The notes beneath the pieces are model-generated. The model saw only the letters and a list, made by a program, of their open reading frames with translations, ran no database searches and was not told the origin of the DNA. DNA of 64,000 nt from Ranitomeya imitator (lineage: Eukaryota): NCBI RefSeq assembly GCF_032444005.1, contig NC_091287.1, positions 36,580,001 through 36,644,000 on the forward strand. The letters run 5' to 3'. Below, piece after piece: positions 50,152 through 60,352 of this stretch. A program made the position numbers and the translations under genes. Numbering within the stretch: the first letter of the stretch is position 1; each line of letters opens with the position of its first letter.

Positions 50152-53100
50152 ATGGGAGGGGACGTTAATATTATAAGCTGGAATGTTAGGGGGTTAGCGG
50201 ACGCCACTAAGCGCACGGCAATATTTCAGTATCTTCTGAAACAGAGGCCCTCGGTGATCTGCCTGCAAGAAACCCACCTAGTGGAGGAAAAAGTTGATAT
50301 ATTACAGAAACGGTGGGTGCGCAAGGCGTATCATTCGACGTTCTCTAGTTACGCGAGGGGAGTGTCAGTCTTAATTCACACTAATACCCCATTTGAGGAA
50401 GTGGAGGTTAAAATTGATACGGATGGTCAATACGTTTTGCTAGTGTGTAAAATCTTTGACTGTTTAATGTGCATAGTATCATTGTATATACCTCCGCCAT
50501 ACTCTGGAAGGAAGATCCAGGACATATTGGAGGCTATAAGAGGTTGGGATGGGATCCCCCTTCTGGTGGTGGGTGATGTAAACAATATAGCAAATGACCA
50601 CTGGGACAAGAGTAACCACGCATCACAGCGCAGGGACGGTAATGACACTCCCTTTGGTAACTATCTCAGAGAAATTGGTTGGATTGATTTATGGAGGGTC
50701 CGCAATGCCAATACATATTCCTATTCCTGTTACTCGACTACATACGGCTCGATGTCAAGAATTGATGTTGCCTTGGGTAACGATAGGATGAACGAACTGT
50801 TAAACGGGGTGGAATATAATCCCAGGATTTTATCAGACCATAGCCCAGTTCGGGTCTCTCTAAAGTTGTCAGGTCAGGTTGGTTTGAGGAGGGCGGGTTG
50901 GAAAATTCACCCAGTCTGGCTACAAATTTTGGACATGGCAAAGGTGGGAGTAGAGATAGAGGAATTTTTCAAAATTAATGAAGGGAGCGCGGAATGCCAT
51001 GTAGTGTGGGACACCATGAAAGCTTATTTAAGGGGAATTTTGTTTAGGGATATCTCAAGACATAAGACAAGGACCAAAGAGCGGGATCAGGGCGTTCTAG
51101 AGGAGTTGAAAGCAGCAGAGGCGGCATTGGGGGAACATCGTACCGGGGAATCTCAGAGTCGTATGAGGGCAGCTCAGCGGGAGGTCGATCAGTTATTTTT
51201 GAAAAAGGCGGAGAGGTTGAGGGCCTTCCAGAGAGAAACTTTCTACTCGGAGGGGGAGAAAGTGGGGCACTTGCTCTCGGTAGTGGCATCCGCGCAAAGA
51301 GACTCTTCACATGTTTACTCTATTAAGACGGAGGAGGGAACGTTGGTTACTCAGGGGGAGCAGATCCTGGAAGTGTTCAGGAAATTTTATGGAAAATTAT
51401 ATACGTCCAGTGTGGAGAAGGGATCCGAGGATATGGAGAGGTACTTGGAAGAAATTGATATGCCCCGGTTGAGTAGAGAGGAGTGTGAATTATTGGAGGA
51501 ACCGATTGGGGAGGAGGAATTGGGGGTGGCTTTGGCAGGTGTTGCGGGGGGTAAGGCCCCGGGAGCGGACGGCATTCCAGCTGAGGTTTATAAGACCTTG
51601 AAAGAAACTCTGTTGGCCAGGCTGGTGGGGGTGTACAATAGCTCGCTGGAAAGAGGGGAGTTGCCTTTGTCGATGAGAGAGGCTATAGTGGTGGTTATCC
51701 CTAAGGCTGATAAAGATCCACTGATGCCAGAATCCTATAGACCAATTTCACTATTGACTGCCGATATTAAGATTTTGGCAAAAGCCTTGGCAAATAGGTT
51801 GAGTAGGGTGATAGACAAATTGGTGCACCCTGACCAGTCAGGCTTCATGCCTAACAAGTCAACGGCAATCAACCTGAGAAGGTTGTTCTTAAATTTACAA
51901 ATCCCTTCAGATAATGCTGGCAAACGGGTTGTGGCATCTTTGGACGCCCACAAAGCCTTTGACTGTGTGGAGTGGAGTTATCTGTGGACAGTGTTGGAAC
52001 GTTTGGGGTTTGGACCTAGGTTCATCTCATGGGTGCGGCTGCTGTATTCTTCCCCGGTGGCAAAGGTAAGGGTGAATGGCGTCCTCTCTGAGACTTTCTC
52101 TTTGTCTAGGGGGACTAGACAGGGCTGTCCTTTGTCCCCACTGCTTTTTGCCCTGGCGGTGGAACCCCTTGCTGCAAAAATTAGAGGCTCCCGGGAGGTG
52201 AGGGGATTTATGTACGGGGATTCGGAAGAGAAGGTAGCGTTATACGCAGATATTTTGCTCTTCTTGGAGGATTCGGGGGAGTCCCTGACAGGGGCGGAGG
52301 CCATTATTGAAGAATTTGGGAGCTACTCTGGCCTGAGAATCAATTGGGAAAAGTCCAATATGATGTTAGTGGATGGGGATTATGAGAATAGTGCTATGAG
52401 GGAATCTCATGCAAAGTTGAGGTTGGTGGATAAATTTAAATATTTGGGGATTCAGATTGCGTTGCCTCTGACGAGTTTTGAGGAACTAAATTTGGCGCCA
52501 CTATTGCGGAAGATACGTATTAAGGTTCAGGCGTGGAAAAAGTTACACCTATCGGTCATTGGTAGAATAAATCTAATAAAGATGATTGTGATGCCGCAAC
52601 TTCTCTACGTGCTGCACAACTCCCCTATATGGATATCGCAGAATAGATTTCGGAGGATTAGATCTCAATTTGGCGAGCTGATTTGGGGAGGGAAAAGTCC
52701 TAGATTTAAACAGGAAATCCTACAAAGACCAAAGACGGAGGGGGGAGTGGCACTGCCCAACCCATGGTTATATTTTTTGGCTTCACAATGTCAGCATTTT
52801 AGGGGATGGGGTGTGGAATCGGGTTGGGAGCGGACACCCTGCAGTCTGAGGAAACTGATTGGGTCAAGGGTACTAGTTGAGGGTTTGGAGGGTGGGCATT
52901 TCCGAGAGAAGGGGACTAAATTTTGCACTGTTAGGCTCATCCATAAGGTTTGGGACAAAGTTAAAGGAATTAGGGGTGTGAGGACACTTACTAGGTTTTC
53001 GCCCATATGGAATAATTGTCTCTTGCAGGAGTTTAGACAGATGGAGGGATTCCATGTTTGGAAGGGAGCGGGAATCTCTCGGATAAGCCAAGTTTTGCAC

Positions 53101-53901
53101 CAAGGTAGAATTAAGAATTTTGAAACACTACAGGAGGAATTTCAGCTGCCAAGCTCTGAATTGTACCAATACAACCGCATCTCTCATGCATATCGGGCAC
53201 AATGTAAGAAGGGGCCTATGGAGATCCAGGTGGATCTAATGCTAGATTTTATCCTCATAGGGGAAGGCACGAAGGGGGTGATCTCAGGAATATATGAATT
53301 TCTTCTATTTTCCTTTTTAGAGGGGCACCCTATCAGAGCTAGAGCAAAGTGGGAGGCAGACCTGGGGGTGATTGACGGCGATCAGTGGGACTCAATATTG
53401 GAATACGTGCACAGGATCTCGATGAGTGAGCCTGGGAGGCTGTCACAGCTGTTGGTCATTCATAGGGCTTATAGAACTCCGGACATGTTGTATAAAGCTG
53501 GTCTAAGACCTAACTCCGAATGCCCTAGGTGCTCGCAGTCCGAGGCGGGTATCCTCCATATGATGTGGCAGTGCCCCAGGTTATCCTCGTTTTGGATCGT
53601 GGTGCTAAATAAAGTGGGACTAACATACAAATGTTCGATACCACGGGATCCTTTGGTATGCATATTGGGTTACGTAGAGGAGATTGTAACTGATAACTCG
53701 TACAAAATAGTCATTGCAAGATTGCTGTTTATTGCTCGAAAGTTGATCGCTAAGTTTTGGATAAGGGTAGAGCCACCAACGAGAAGTGATTTCATGACAC
53801 AAGTGGACTATATCGTGGCATTGGAGAAGAGCATTTATTCTAAAAGAAACAAGATGGACCTCTTCAACAAGTTGTGGAATCCTTGGCTCAAGTCGGCGTG
53901 A
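50152..53901 (+). CDS. L1 ORF2p (1249 aa): APE endonuclease, RT, CCHC; YADD reduced to YAD
   Basis: SWNVRGL, LQETH, SDHSPV; YRPISLL, LDAHKAFD, RQGCPLSPLLF, LYAD-ILLF, FKYLGI; CPRC-x7-H-x4-C. Confidence 0.97.
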   Translation: MGGDVNIISWNVRGLADATKRTAIFQYLLKQRPSVICLQETHLVEEKVDILQKRWVRKAYHSTFSSYARGVSVLIHTNTPFEEVEVKIDTDGQYVLLVCKIFDCLMCIVSLYIPPPYSGRKIQDILEAIRGWDGIPLLVVGDVNNIANDHWDKSNHASQRRDGNDTPFGNYLREIGWIDLWRVRNANTYSYSCYSTTYGSMSRIDVALGNDRMNELLNGVEYNPRILSDHSPVRVSLKLSGQVGLRRAGWKIHPVWLQILDMAKVGVEIEEFFKINEGSAECHVVWDTMKAYLRGILFRDISRHKTRTKERDQGVLEELKAAEAALGEHRTGESQSRMRAAQREVDQLFLKKAERLRAFQRETFYSEGEKVGHLLSVVASAQRDSSHVYSIKTEEGTLVTQGEQILEVFRKFYGKLYTSSVEKGSEDMERYLEEIDMPRLSREECELLEEPIGEEELGVALAGVAGGKAPGADGIPAEVYKTLKETLLARLVGVYNSSLERGELPLSMREAIVVVIPKADKDPLMPESYRPISLLTADIKILAKALANRLSRVIDKLVHPDQSGFMPNKSTAINLRRLFLNLQIPSDNAGKRVVASLDAHKAFDCVEWSYLWTVLERLGFGPRFISWVRLLYSSPVAKVRVNGVLSETFSLSRGTRQGCPLSPLLFALAVEPLAAKIRGSREVRGFMYGDSEEKVALYADILLFLEDSGESLTGAEAIIEEFGSYSGLRINWEKSNMMLVDGDYENSAMRESHAKLRLVDKFKYLGIQIALPLTSFEELNLAPLLRKIRIKVQAWKKLHLSVIGRINLIKMIVMPQLLYVLHNSPIWISQNRFRRIRSQFGELIWGGKSPRFKQEILQRPKTEGGVALPNPWLYFLASQCQHFRGWGVESGWERTPCSLRKLIGSRVLVEGLEGGHFREKGTKFCTVRLIHKVWDKVKGIRGVRTLTRFSPIWNNCLLQEFRQMEGFHVWKGAGISRISQVLHQGRIKNFETLQEEFQLPSSELYQYNRISHAYRAQCKKGPMEIQVDLMLDFILIGEGTKGVISGIYEFLLFSFLEGHPIRARAKWEADLGVIDGDQWDSILEYVHRISMSEPGRLSQLLVIHRAYRTPDMLYKAGLRPNSECPRCSQSEAGILHMMWQCPRLSSFWIVVLNKVGLTYKCSIPRDPLVCILGYVEEIVTDNSYKIVIARLLFIARKLIAKFWIRVEPPTRSDFMTQVDYIVALEKSIYSKRNKMDLFNKLWNPWLKSA

Positions 53902-56155
53902 TCTGGAGATTGTTTTCTAGTTTTTTGGGTACTCTGCCCCCGTGGGAGCAGTATTGACATGACACCTTCCTGTTCTTGGTTAAGGATAGACGTTTGGGAG
54001 GATCGGAGTGGTTCTTCTTGGGTCTCCGGGGATGGGGGGGAGGGGAGGGGAGGGAAGCTGGTTTGGGATTAAAAAGTTTATTGAAAATGCAGAACATATG
54101 TATGTACTGTTTACAGCAATGTAATCTACTTATATTTTTCTTACTGTTTAATAAAAATATTAGATTAAAAAAAAAGTCTGCAGGATGAACTGTATGTCAT
54201 CTGCAACCACCGGGGTCCAGATCTTCTCGCTAGGGCGTGTATTAGACACAATTGGGTTGGATTTTTGCATGGGCCCTTCGGGGGTCTTGGATGCCATGTT
54301 GCTGCTGTTTTTTTTCTCCTATAAAAAAAATACATATATATATATTTTTTTTTTTTCCCCATCAATAGAGACATATGTAATAAATTTCCTGACTTTTACG
54401 ACATCTGGAAACTCTAAACTCCAGCAATAGCAAGGTGACATTTTCCAGCGACACCCGAGGTCAGCGCCAGCTCCAATCCCTGTCGTTTGTCCTTTAGATG
54501 CTATGGCCAAAAGCAAATATGGCATCTAAGCAGTTAAAGAAGCTCCATAGGTGCCTGAGCAATGTTATCAAGGGGTGTCTGGTTTTCCTTGGCAACTGAG
54601 GACCTGAGTTCTACCATTTTCGGACAACCTCCACCGCGAGAAGGGATCGTTTACAGCTTCCGTACCATCTTCTGAATAAGGGAAGAGTCACAAACTTGGA
54701 CGAGGATCGCAACCAAATGCTCGGACTGGCCGACGGCTCTCCTGACATGAGAGTGTGTTATGCCGGCGTCCCTGCATGGGTCCTCTCTCTTCCCTAGGCA
54801 GGGACACCACCTCAATCGCCTAGCTGTGTCCTCTGCTCCAGCGCCCCAGGAACCTGATCGCTGTGCAGATCTGACTGCGTGCTTAGGATGCGAGCAATCC
54901 CCGATTCTTAAAGGGTTTGTGCACGCACTCCTGATCTGTTCCCCTATCCAAAAGCTGGGAAACGAGAAGTATTTAAGGCACATTCCCCTGTAGGGAGGTG
55001 CCTGAGCCATATTAGTGTTTAGTTAGTCTTCAAGTTGTTAAAGGGAACCTGTCACCTGAATTTGGTGGGACAGGTTTGCGGTCATATGGGCGGGGTTTTT
55101 GGGTGTTTCATTCACCCTTTCCTTAACCTTTCATACTGTGTCCTCTGAAGTACAAGCCTGCGCAAGGCAATCTTGCCATGCGCAGTATGCGTTGCCCAAC
55201 TGTGGGCAAAGCCGAAAAACATTAGTGCGCATGCGCCAGCGCACTATGTCCCGTAACACAGCGAAATACTTCCGGGACATATTGCGCCGGCGCATGCGCA
55301 CTAAGGCTTTTCAGCTTTACCCGCAGTTGGGCAAAGCATACTGCGCGTGCGCAAGGCAAGATTGCCTTGCGCAGGCGTGTACTGCGGAGGACACAGCATG
55401 AACTTCAACCCAATACCGGTGTAACGTTCCAGTACCCACACTGTCTGGACCAGCTTCAGCACCCAGTCCTGCTCTGGACTCCGAATCTGCATTGTGGACT
55501 CCGAAGCCGCAGTCTGAACCAGCTTTAGCATCCGTTCCCCCCCGGGGCTCAGACTCTGTGTCTGTTGTGACCGCGGCCCTGACCCTTTTATAGAATATCT
55601 AGGGGCCTCCTGAGTGAATCTCAATGTGTAAAAACAGATGTACCAAAAAATGTAAGAAAAAAAATACAAACTCAAGAACTGTCAGGTTTTTCCATATTTT
55701 GCCCCCAAAAATGTTATGAACAGAAATCAAAACATCATATGCACCCCAAAATGGTACCATGAAAAAAATCAGCTTGTCTCACACCAGAAAAAAACGAGTC
55801 TTCAAGAAAGACAGAAAATGGCAGCAGAAATTGTATGATTTTTTTGCAAAATAAATACCGTAAAAGCAAAACCCAAAATATAAACATAATGCATCATTTC
55901 CAATAAATTATTTCTGTCACTTGGTGATTATAGATACAAATATTTACTGCTGTCTTTCCCTTCTGGCTCTAAACTGGCAGTTGAAAAAGTATGGTATATG
56001 TGTGGAAACCATCAGCAAGGAGGAACAGAGGAGTGACTATTCTCCAGTACCAAATGCTGAGAGCGTGCTGGGTATTGTAGTGCACATAACGTAGGTTACA
56101 TTGCTTATTTCTCGTACAGCGCTATGTTCACGTTATTCTGACAAACACCATAATA

Positions 56156-56360
56156 ACTCACCGGCCGCTCTCGGTCCCATGCACCGATCGCATGGACCGC
56201 ACGCTACTGATACTAAAAGCAGCCAATCAGAACGCGCGGTCTACGCTGCGTTCCAAGTTTTCAATACATTTTGGAACGCAAAACAGGAAGTTATATCTGA
56301 TTGGTCGGTTCTAGTCCGACACCGAGGCTGTAGATCCGGGGATTGTGGGAGATGTAGTTT
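56156..56360 (-). promoter_or_regulatory. RPP38: Probable RPP38 promoter and non-coding exon 1
   Basis: On -: ZNF143/Staf-like AAACTACATCTCCCACAATCCCC (56337-56360), CCAAT boxes (about 56222, about 56300), ETS GGAAGT (about 56286), CpG-rich stretch, then donor CCG|GTGAGT at 56161. It lies 1.84 kb upstream of the copy-2 acceptor. TSS not determinable. Confidence 0.65.
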
Positions 56361-56509
56361 TAGCATGAAAATCCAGCACAGGTCTTATCTGCGCTGTCTC
56401 AAACAACCTGACTGTTCTGTTACTTACAATATACTATATATATATATATACTATATATAGATTGAGATATATCAGTTTAATTATATTTTATGGCAATTAC
56501 TACAGAATT

Positions 56510-56720
56510 ACCATCCACCTCTTGTGTCTCCCCTTTTCCTCATAGTCTGTAAGCTTGCGAGCAGGGCCCTCATTCCTCCTGGTATCTGTTTTGAACTGTA
56601 TTTCTGTTATGCTGTAATGTCTATTGTCTGTACAAGTCCCCTCTATAATTTGTAAAGCGCTGCGGAATATGTTGGCGCTATATAAATAAAATGTATTATT
56701 ATTAGTTTATTATTATAATT
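56510..56720 (+). mobile_element. L2-clade LINE (or L2-dependent SINE) 3' end
   Basis: TGTAAGCTTGCGAGCAGGGCC ... TGTAAAGCGCTGCGGAATATGTTGGCGCTATATAAATAAA plus (ATT)n tail. Confidence 0.8.
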
Positions 56721-57158
56721 ATGTCCTTTGTAGGGCGCTTTGTGATTTAGTTTATATTTTCTTTCTGCTCTCTGCATCATCCGCTATAGTACCGCCATCG
56801 GAAATATTTCATACTGTTCTCCATCTTTTATCTATACAATTATTAGATGATTGCTATAACAACAATCCATACTGAATTCATATAGCGATGCTTTCTGATA
56901 CATTCATGCACGAATAGTGACACTTCCCTGAGATTTTATGTGGATATAGAAGTCTCCGCCATAGATTTCTTATATCTCTTTTACTATGATAACTAAAAGT
57001 TAAGTTATATTAGTGGTTTGGAAATAGGTAGATTTTTGGGGCATATAGGAATAAAATTACTGACGTTTTCCACATCCGGGCCATAGGGCATGAATGTTTG
57101 TATAACTCTATAGCGCCACCTCTGGATGGCGTCGACCCCAGAGTCAGATGTCTGCTTA

Positions 57159-57566
57159 GGCTACTTTCACACTAGCGTCGGTACGGGGCCTTCGCGCTGC
57201 GTCGGCCGGACATACCGACGCATACTGTGCAAGCGCCGCACAACTGGGGCAGCGGATGCATTTTTCCAGCGCATCCGCTGCCCCATTGTGAGTTGCGGGG
57301 AGGTGGGGGCGGAGTTCCGGCCGCGCATGCGCAGTCGGAAATGGCGGTCACAACGCAGCAAAAAAGTTACATGCAACGTTTTTTGCTGCCGACGGTCCGC
57401 CACAACATTCGACGACGGTTGCGACGTGTGGCAAAGCGTCGCAATGCGTTGCTAATGATAGTCAATGGGGAAAAAACGCATCCTGCAAGCAATTTTGCAG
57501 GATGCGTTTTTTCTCCTAAACGACGCATTGCGGCGTGCAGTGCACGACGCTAGTGTGAAAGTAGCC
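57159..57566. mobile_element. PIF/Harbinger MITE
   Basis: TIR GGCTACTTTCACACTAGCGTCG / CGACGCTAGTGTGAAAGTAGCC, TSD TTA. Confidence 0.9.
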
Positions 57567-57810
57567 TTATAGTACATCCCTGTGAAGCTTCTGTGGTTGT
57601 ACTGTACTGACAATACAGACAGGGGGCGCTGGTGCTATGTCAGCAAATAAACGAGAGTCCTCAGGGTTTACAACAAGGATGAGGATGAGTGAAACCCTCC
57701 TTACATTTCTAAAACCCCTAGATAAATCCTAACTCCTTCCTGTAGCTCCAAATTTTCTCCTGTGCGCTTTTTTCCAGACCCATATCTTTACTTTTTCTGA
57801 AAGGGTACAG

Positions 57811-57972
57811 ATAAATCAGAGCGAGATCGGAACGCAGTGCGTGGACTGGCCGGCAGCTCTCCTGACCCGAGCGAGCGGCACAGCCTCATGTCTTTCTACT
57901 CAGCTGTCACGCTCAGGTTAGAAGAGCCGCCGGCCAGTCCACGCAGTGCGTTCTGATCTCGCTCTGATTTAT
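57811..57972. mobile_element. Small palindromic MITE
   Basis: ATAAATCAGAGCGAGATC...GGACTGGCCGGC versus GCCGGCCAGTCC...GATCTCGCTCTGATTTAT; related copies at about 54700-54750 and 35750-35885. Confidence 0.75.
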
Positions 57973-58074
57973 ACTGCCGTCTAACTGCGACAAAGATGTA
58001 CTAAGATTTGTTGTTTTTTTTGCAGGACTAGTTGCTGTTCTGAATGACTCCATTCATTTTACCATATAATTTAA

Positions 58075-58783
58075 AGGTGTTGTCCAGGTTTATCATGAAA
58101 ACCTACAGTCACTCTATGTGACTGCAGATTTGTGAATCCTCATATTTTGCGCTGTGAGGATTCTCCGGTGTCGGCCACAGTCAGACTAGATGTGCATGGC
58201 CTAGTTTATTTCATTTGTATGACCGGAAGTATGGACATCGTATACTTGTGGGCACATCCGCCGTCTCGCCACTAGCACTGGAGGATTCTCCGGTGTCCGC
58301 CACATTCAGACTAGCTGTGCACGGCCTAGCTTATTTCATTTGTATGACCGGAAGTATGGACATCGTATACTTGTGGGCACATCCGCCGTCTCGCCACTGG
58401 AGAATCCTCACTTTACGCGCTGTAATGATTCTTCAGTGTCGGCCACAGTCCAACTAGATGTGCGCGGCCTCGTTCATTTCACTTGTATGGCCGGAAGTAT
58501 GGATATCGTATACTTGTGGTCACATCCGCCGTTTCGCCACTGGAGAATCCTCACTTTACGCGCTGTAATGATTCTTCAGTGTCGGCCACAGTCCAACTAG
58601 ATGTGCGCGGCCTCGTTCATTTCACTTGTATGGCCGGAAGTATGGATATCGTATACTTGTGGTCACATCCGCCGTTTTGCCGCCGCCAATGGAGGATCGT
58701 CACAAGCTCTGTGAAGTTTCACAGGTCTGCAGTCACATACAAGGAGGGACTGCAGACTTTTGTGAAAAACCTGGACAACCCCT
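58075..58783. mobile_element. T2/Kolobok-like MITE with internal four-unit tandem expansion
   Basis: TTAA-AGGTGTTGTCCAGG ... CCTGGACAACCCCT-TTAA; marker TGTATG(A/G)CCGGAAGTATGG at 58216, 58341, 58484, 58627 (periods 125, 143, 143). Confidence 0.85.
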
Positions 58784-59160
58784 TTAAATGGTGAAAAATA
58801 AAATACCAAAAAATTCACCCCAAAGCGTCTCACCCTAATAAGACTTCACACATCCCGGATTCAAAGCAAGTTCAGATCTACATGCTGTGATAGAACTAAA
58901 CCTTCCACACAATAAGCCAGGAAATTGCCCAAGACTGGAAACTAAACCGAAATGTGCAGCTCTAGAAAGTCTCTACCAGCAGCAGGAGTTACAGACAGAG
59001 CTGCCAGAACATGGAAACCTTTTCTATATGTATACAGTATATACTGTGGGTGCAATAAGCTGTATATCTGCAGTGCGGAGCTGGCAGTGAATGGGTTACA
59101 CCTGCAGCCTCCCCTCCATGTCAGACACAATGGCTGATGTCATTGCACAAGACATGGGAG

Positions 59161-59197
59161 CCAATCAGGGGGTTGTGGAACCCTGACCCATATATAA
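59161..59197 (+). promoter_or_regulatory. ACBD7: CCAAT plus TATA promoter of putative ACBD7
   Basis: CCAAT 59161-59165; TATATAA 59191-59197, about 60 nt before the Kozak ATG. Confidence 0.6.
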
Positions 59198-59257
59198 GGG
59201 AGACAGCTGAGCTGCAGATTATTGCTGCTTGTGCTGCTGCTGAGTCCTGCACCCACC

Positions 59258-59269
59258 ATGTCTCCCCAG
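59258..59269 (+). CDS. ACBD7: Putative ACBD7 exon 1 (M-S-P-Q), remainder presumably beyond window
   Basis: CCCACC-ATG TCT CCC CAG|GT. Frog brain-type ACBP begins SPQADF; ACBD7 is divergent from RPP38 in mammals and, by recall, starts with a very short first coding exon. Exon 2 was not found in the window. Confidence 0.65.
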
Positions 59270-60352
59270 GTACAGCCCATTGCAGGGGCTCCATTGCTGC
59301 AGATGGGGCTATTGTTCTTTATTGGAATGCTATAACCTGTATGTATTTTTGTTTCTTCATGTCTGCTCTAGTTGGTGCTGAGGTAGCAGTCACACCTGTC
59401 TCTCTGCCATATAAGACCCCAGTGCTATACATGCACATTGTAGGGGAGGGGGCCCTATTACAGATCTAGCATTAGGCCCCCTGCGCTTCCAGCTGCACCC
59501 CCTGCTCCTGCTGCTCTGGTAGGGACTTGTGACTGACAACTGCTAGAGAAATGATTTGGTGTGTGGGGTGTCTTTATTTTATTTATAATGTGTCTTCAAA
59601 GATGTAAGTTACAAATCTGGCTCTGCTACATCTGTGTAAGGAAAGTCTTTCTTGCTTAGTAACATTATTTTATCAGTCTCTATTTATTTTTATTTTTGCT
59701 CATGTGATGGTAGTATAGAGCGCCTGGGGTGACCCTTCCATTTTGGGTGCGGTATCTGGTGATATGGACGGGATAGATGTGAGCGCAGCCGGGGGGAAGC
59801 ACTCAACTGCGTGAAGGAAAAATGGTCTTTGTTGTCCATAGCAACCAATCGGAGCGCAGCTTTCATTTTACCAGAGCTGTTTAAAAAAAAATAGCTGAGC
59901 AGTGATTGCTAAATGAGGCCTATATGTATAATGGGGAATGTCTGTCATATTTAGTTGGCGCACACATTTAGGGCAGTTGTCACAATAGCTGAATGCGGTT
60001 TGGTTTCCATTTTGTATGGTGAATCTCATCTCCATGTGACTCTGGTTACTTTTCCATATTTCTGCGGCTCATGTTCTGTGGGCAGTGTCATGGAAACGAT
60101 GTCTTCTAGATGTGTAGTGTTGGGCCGTGTGCACACTTTGTCACAACCTGAAGTGTTTTCTGATGCCAGTAAATGAGTTGAAGTCACCATGCACACGGTG
60201 CTTATCTTTGACATGAAAATCCGCAGCATGCCAATCCACTCAGTGTTATTGCTGCATCCTTCACCCATACTGAGTGGGGGATCTGCACAAAAATCGTTTA
60301 TTGTGCTTATTTCCTGCCAAGAGAAGCAGAAATGTCTACACTGAATACTTGA

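Larger units (their letters stand above)
48514..54172 (+). mobile_element. Full-length L1 LINE (about 5.66 kb), antisense to RPP38
   Basis: 5' GGGCGTGGCC GC-rich UTR; ORF1 and ORF2; AATAAA at 54150 and short poly(A); 15-bp TSD AAAGTCTGCAGGATG (48499-48513, 54173-54187); TT/AAAG target fits L1 endonuclease preference. Confidence 0.98.
47775..54297 (-). pseudogene. RPP38: Second RPP38 copy, disrupted by L1 (5' part 54188-54297, 3' part 47775-48513)
   Basis: MASKTPEGPMQKSNPIVSNTRPSEKIWTPVVADDIQFILQT|LMKKFEELG...ALEKNDLDMVMVCKS. Own acceptor at 54319-54320. 3-codon deletion in KTSLNSPY, many substitutions, and 1-nt indels in homopolymers near the 3' end. Confidence 0.93.

Noticed and set aside
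34160-58800. RPP38 duplication as a haplotype or assembly artefact
   Set aside because: The copies differ by many substitutions and indels and by different insertions (Tc1/DIRS versus L1), far more than alleles would; read-level confirmation is still advisable.
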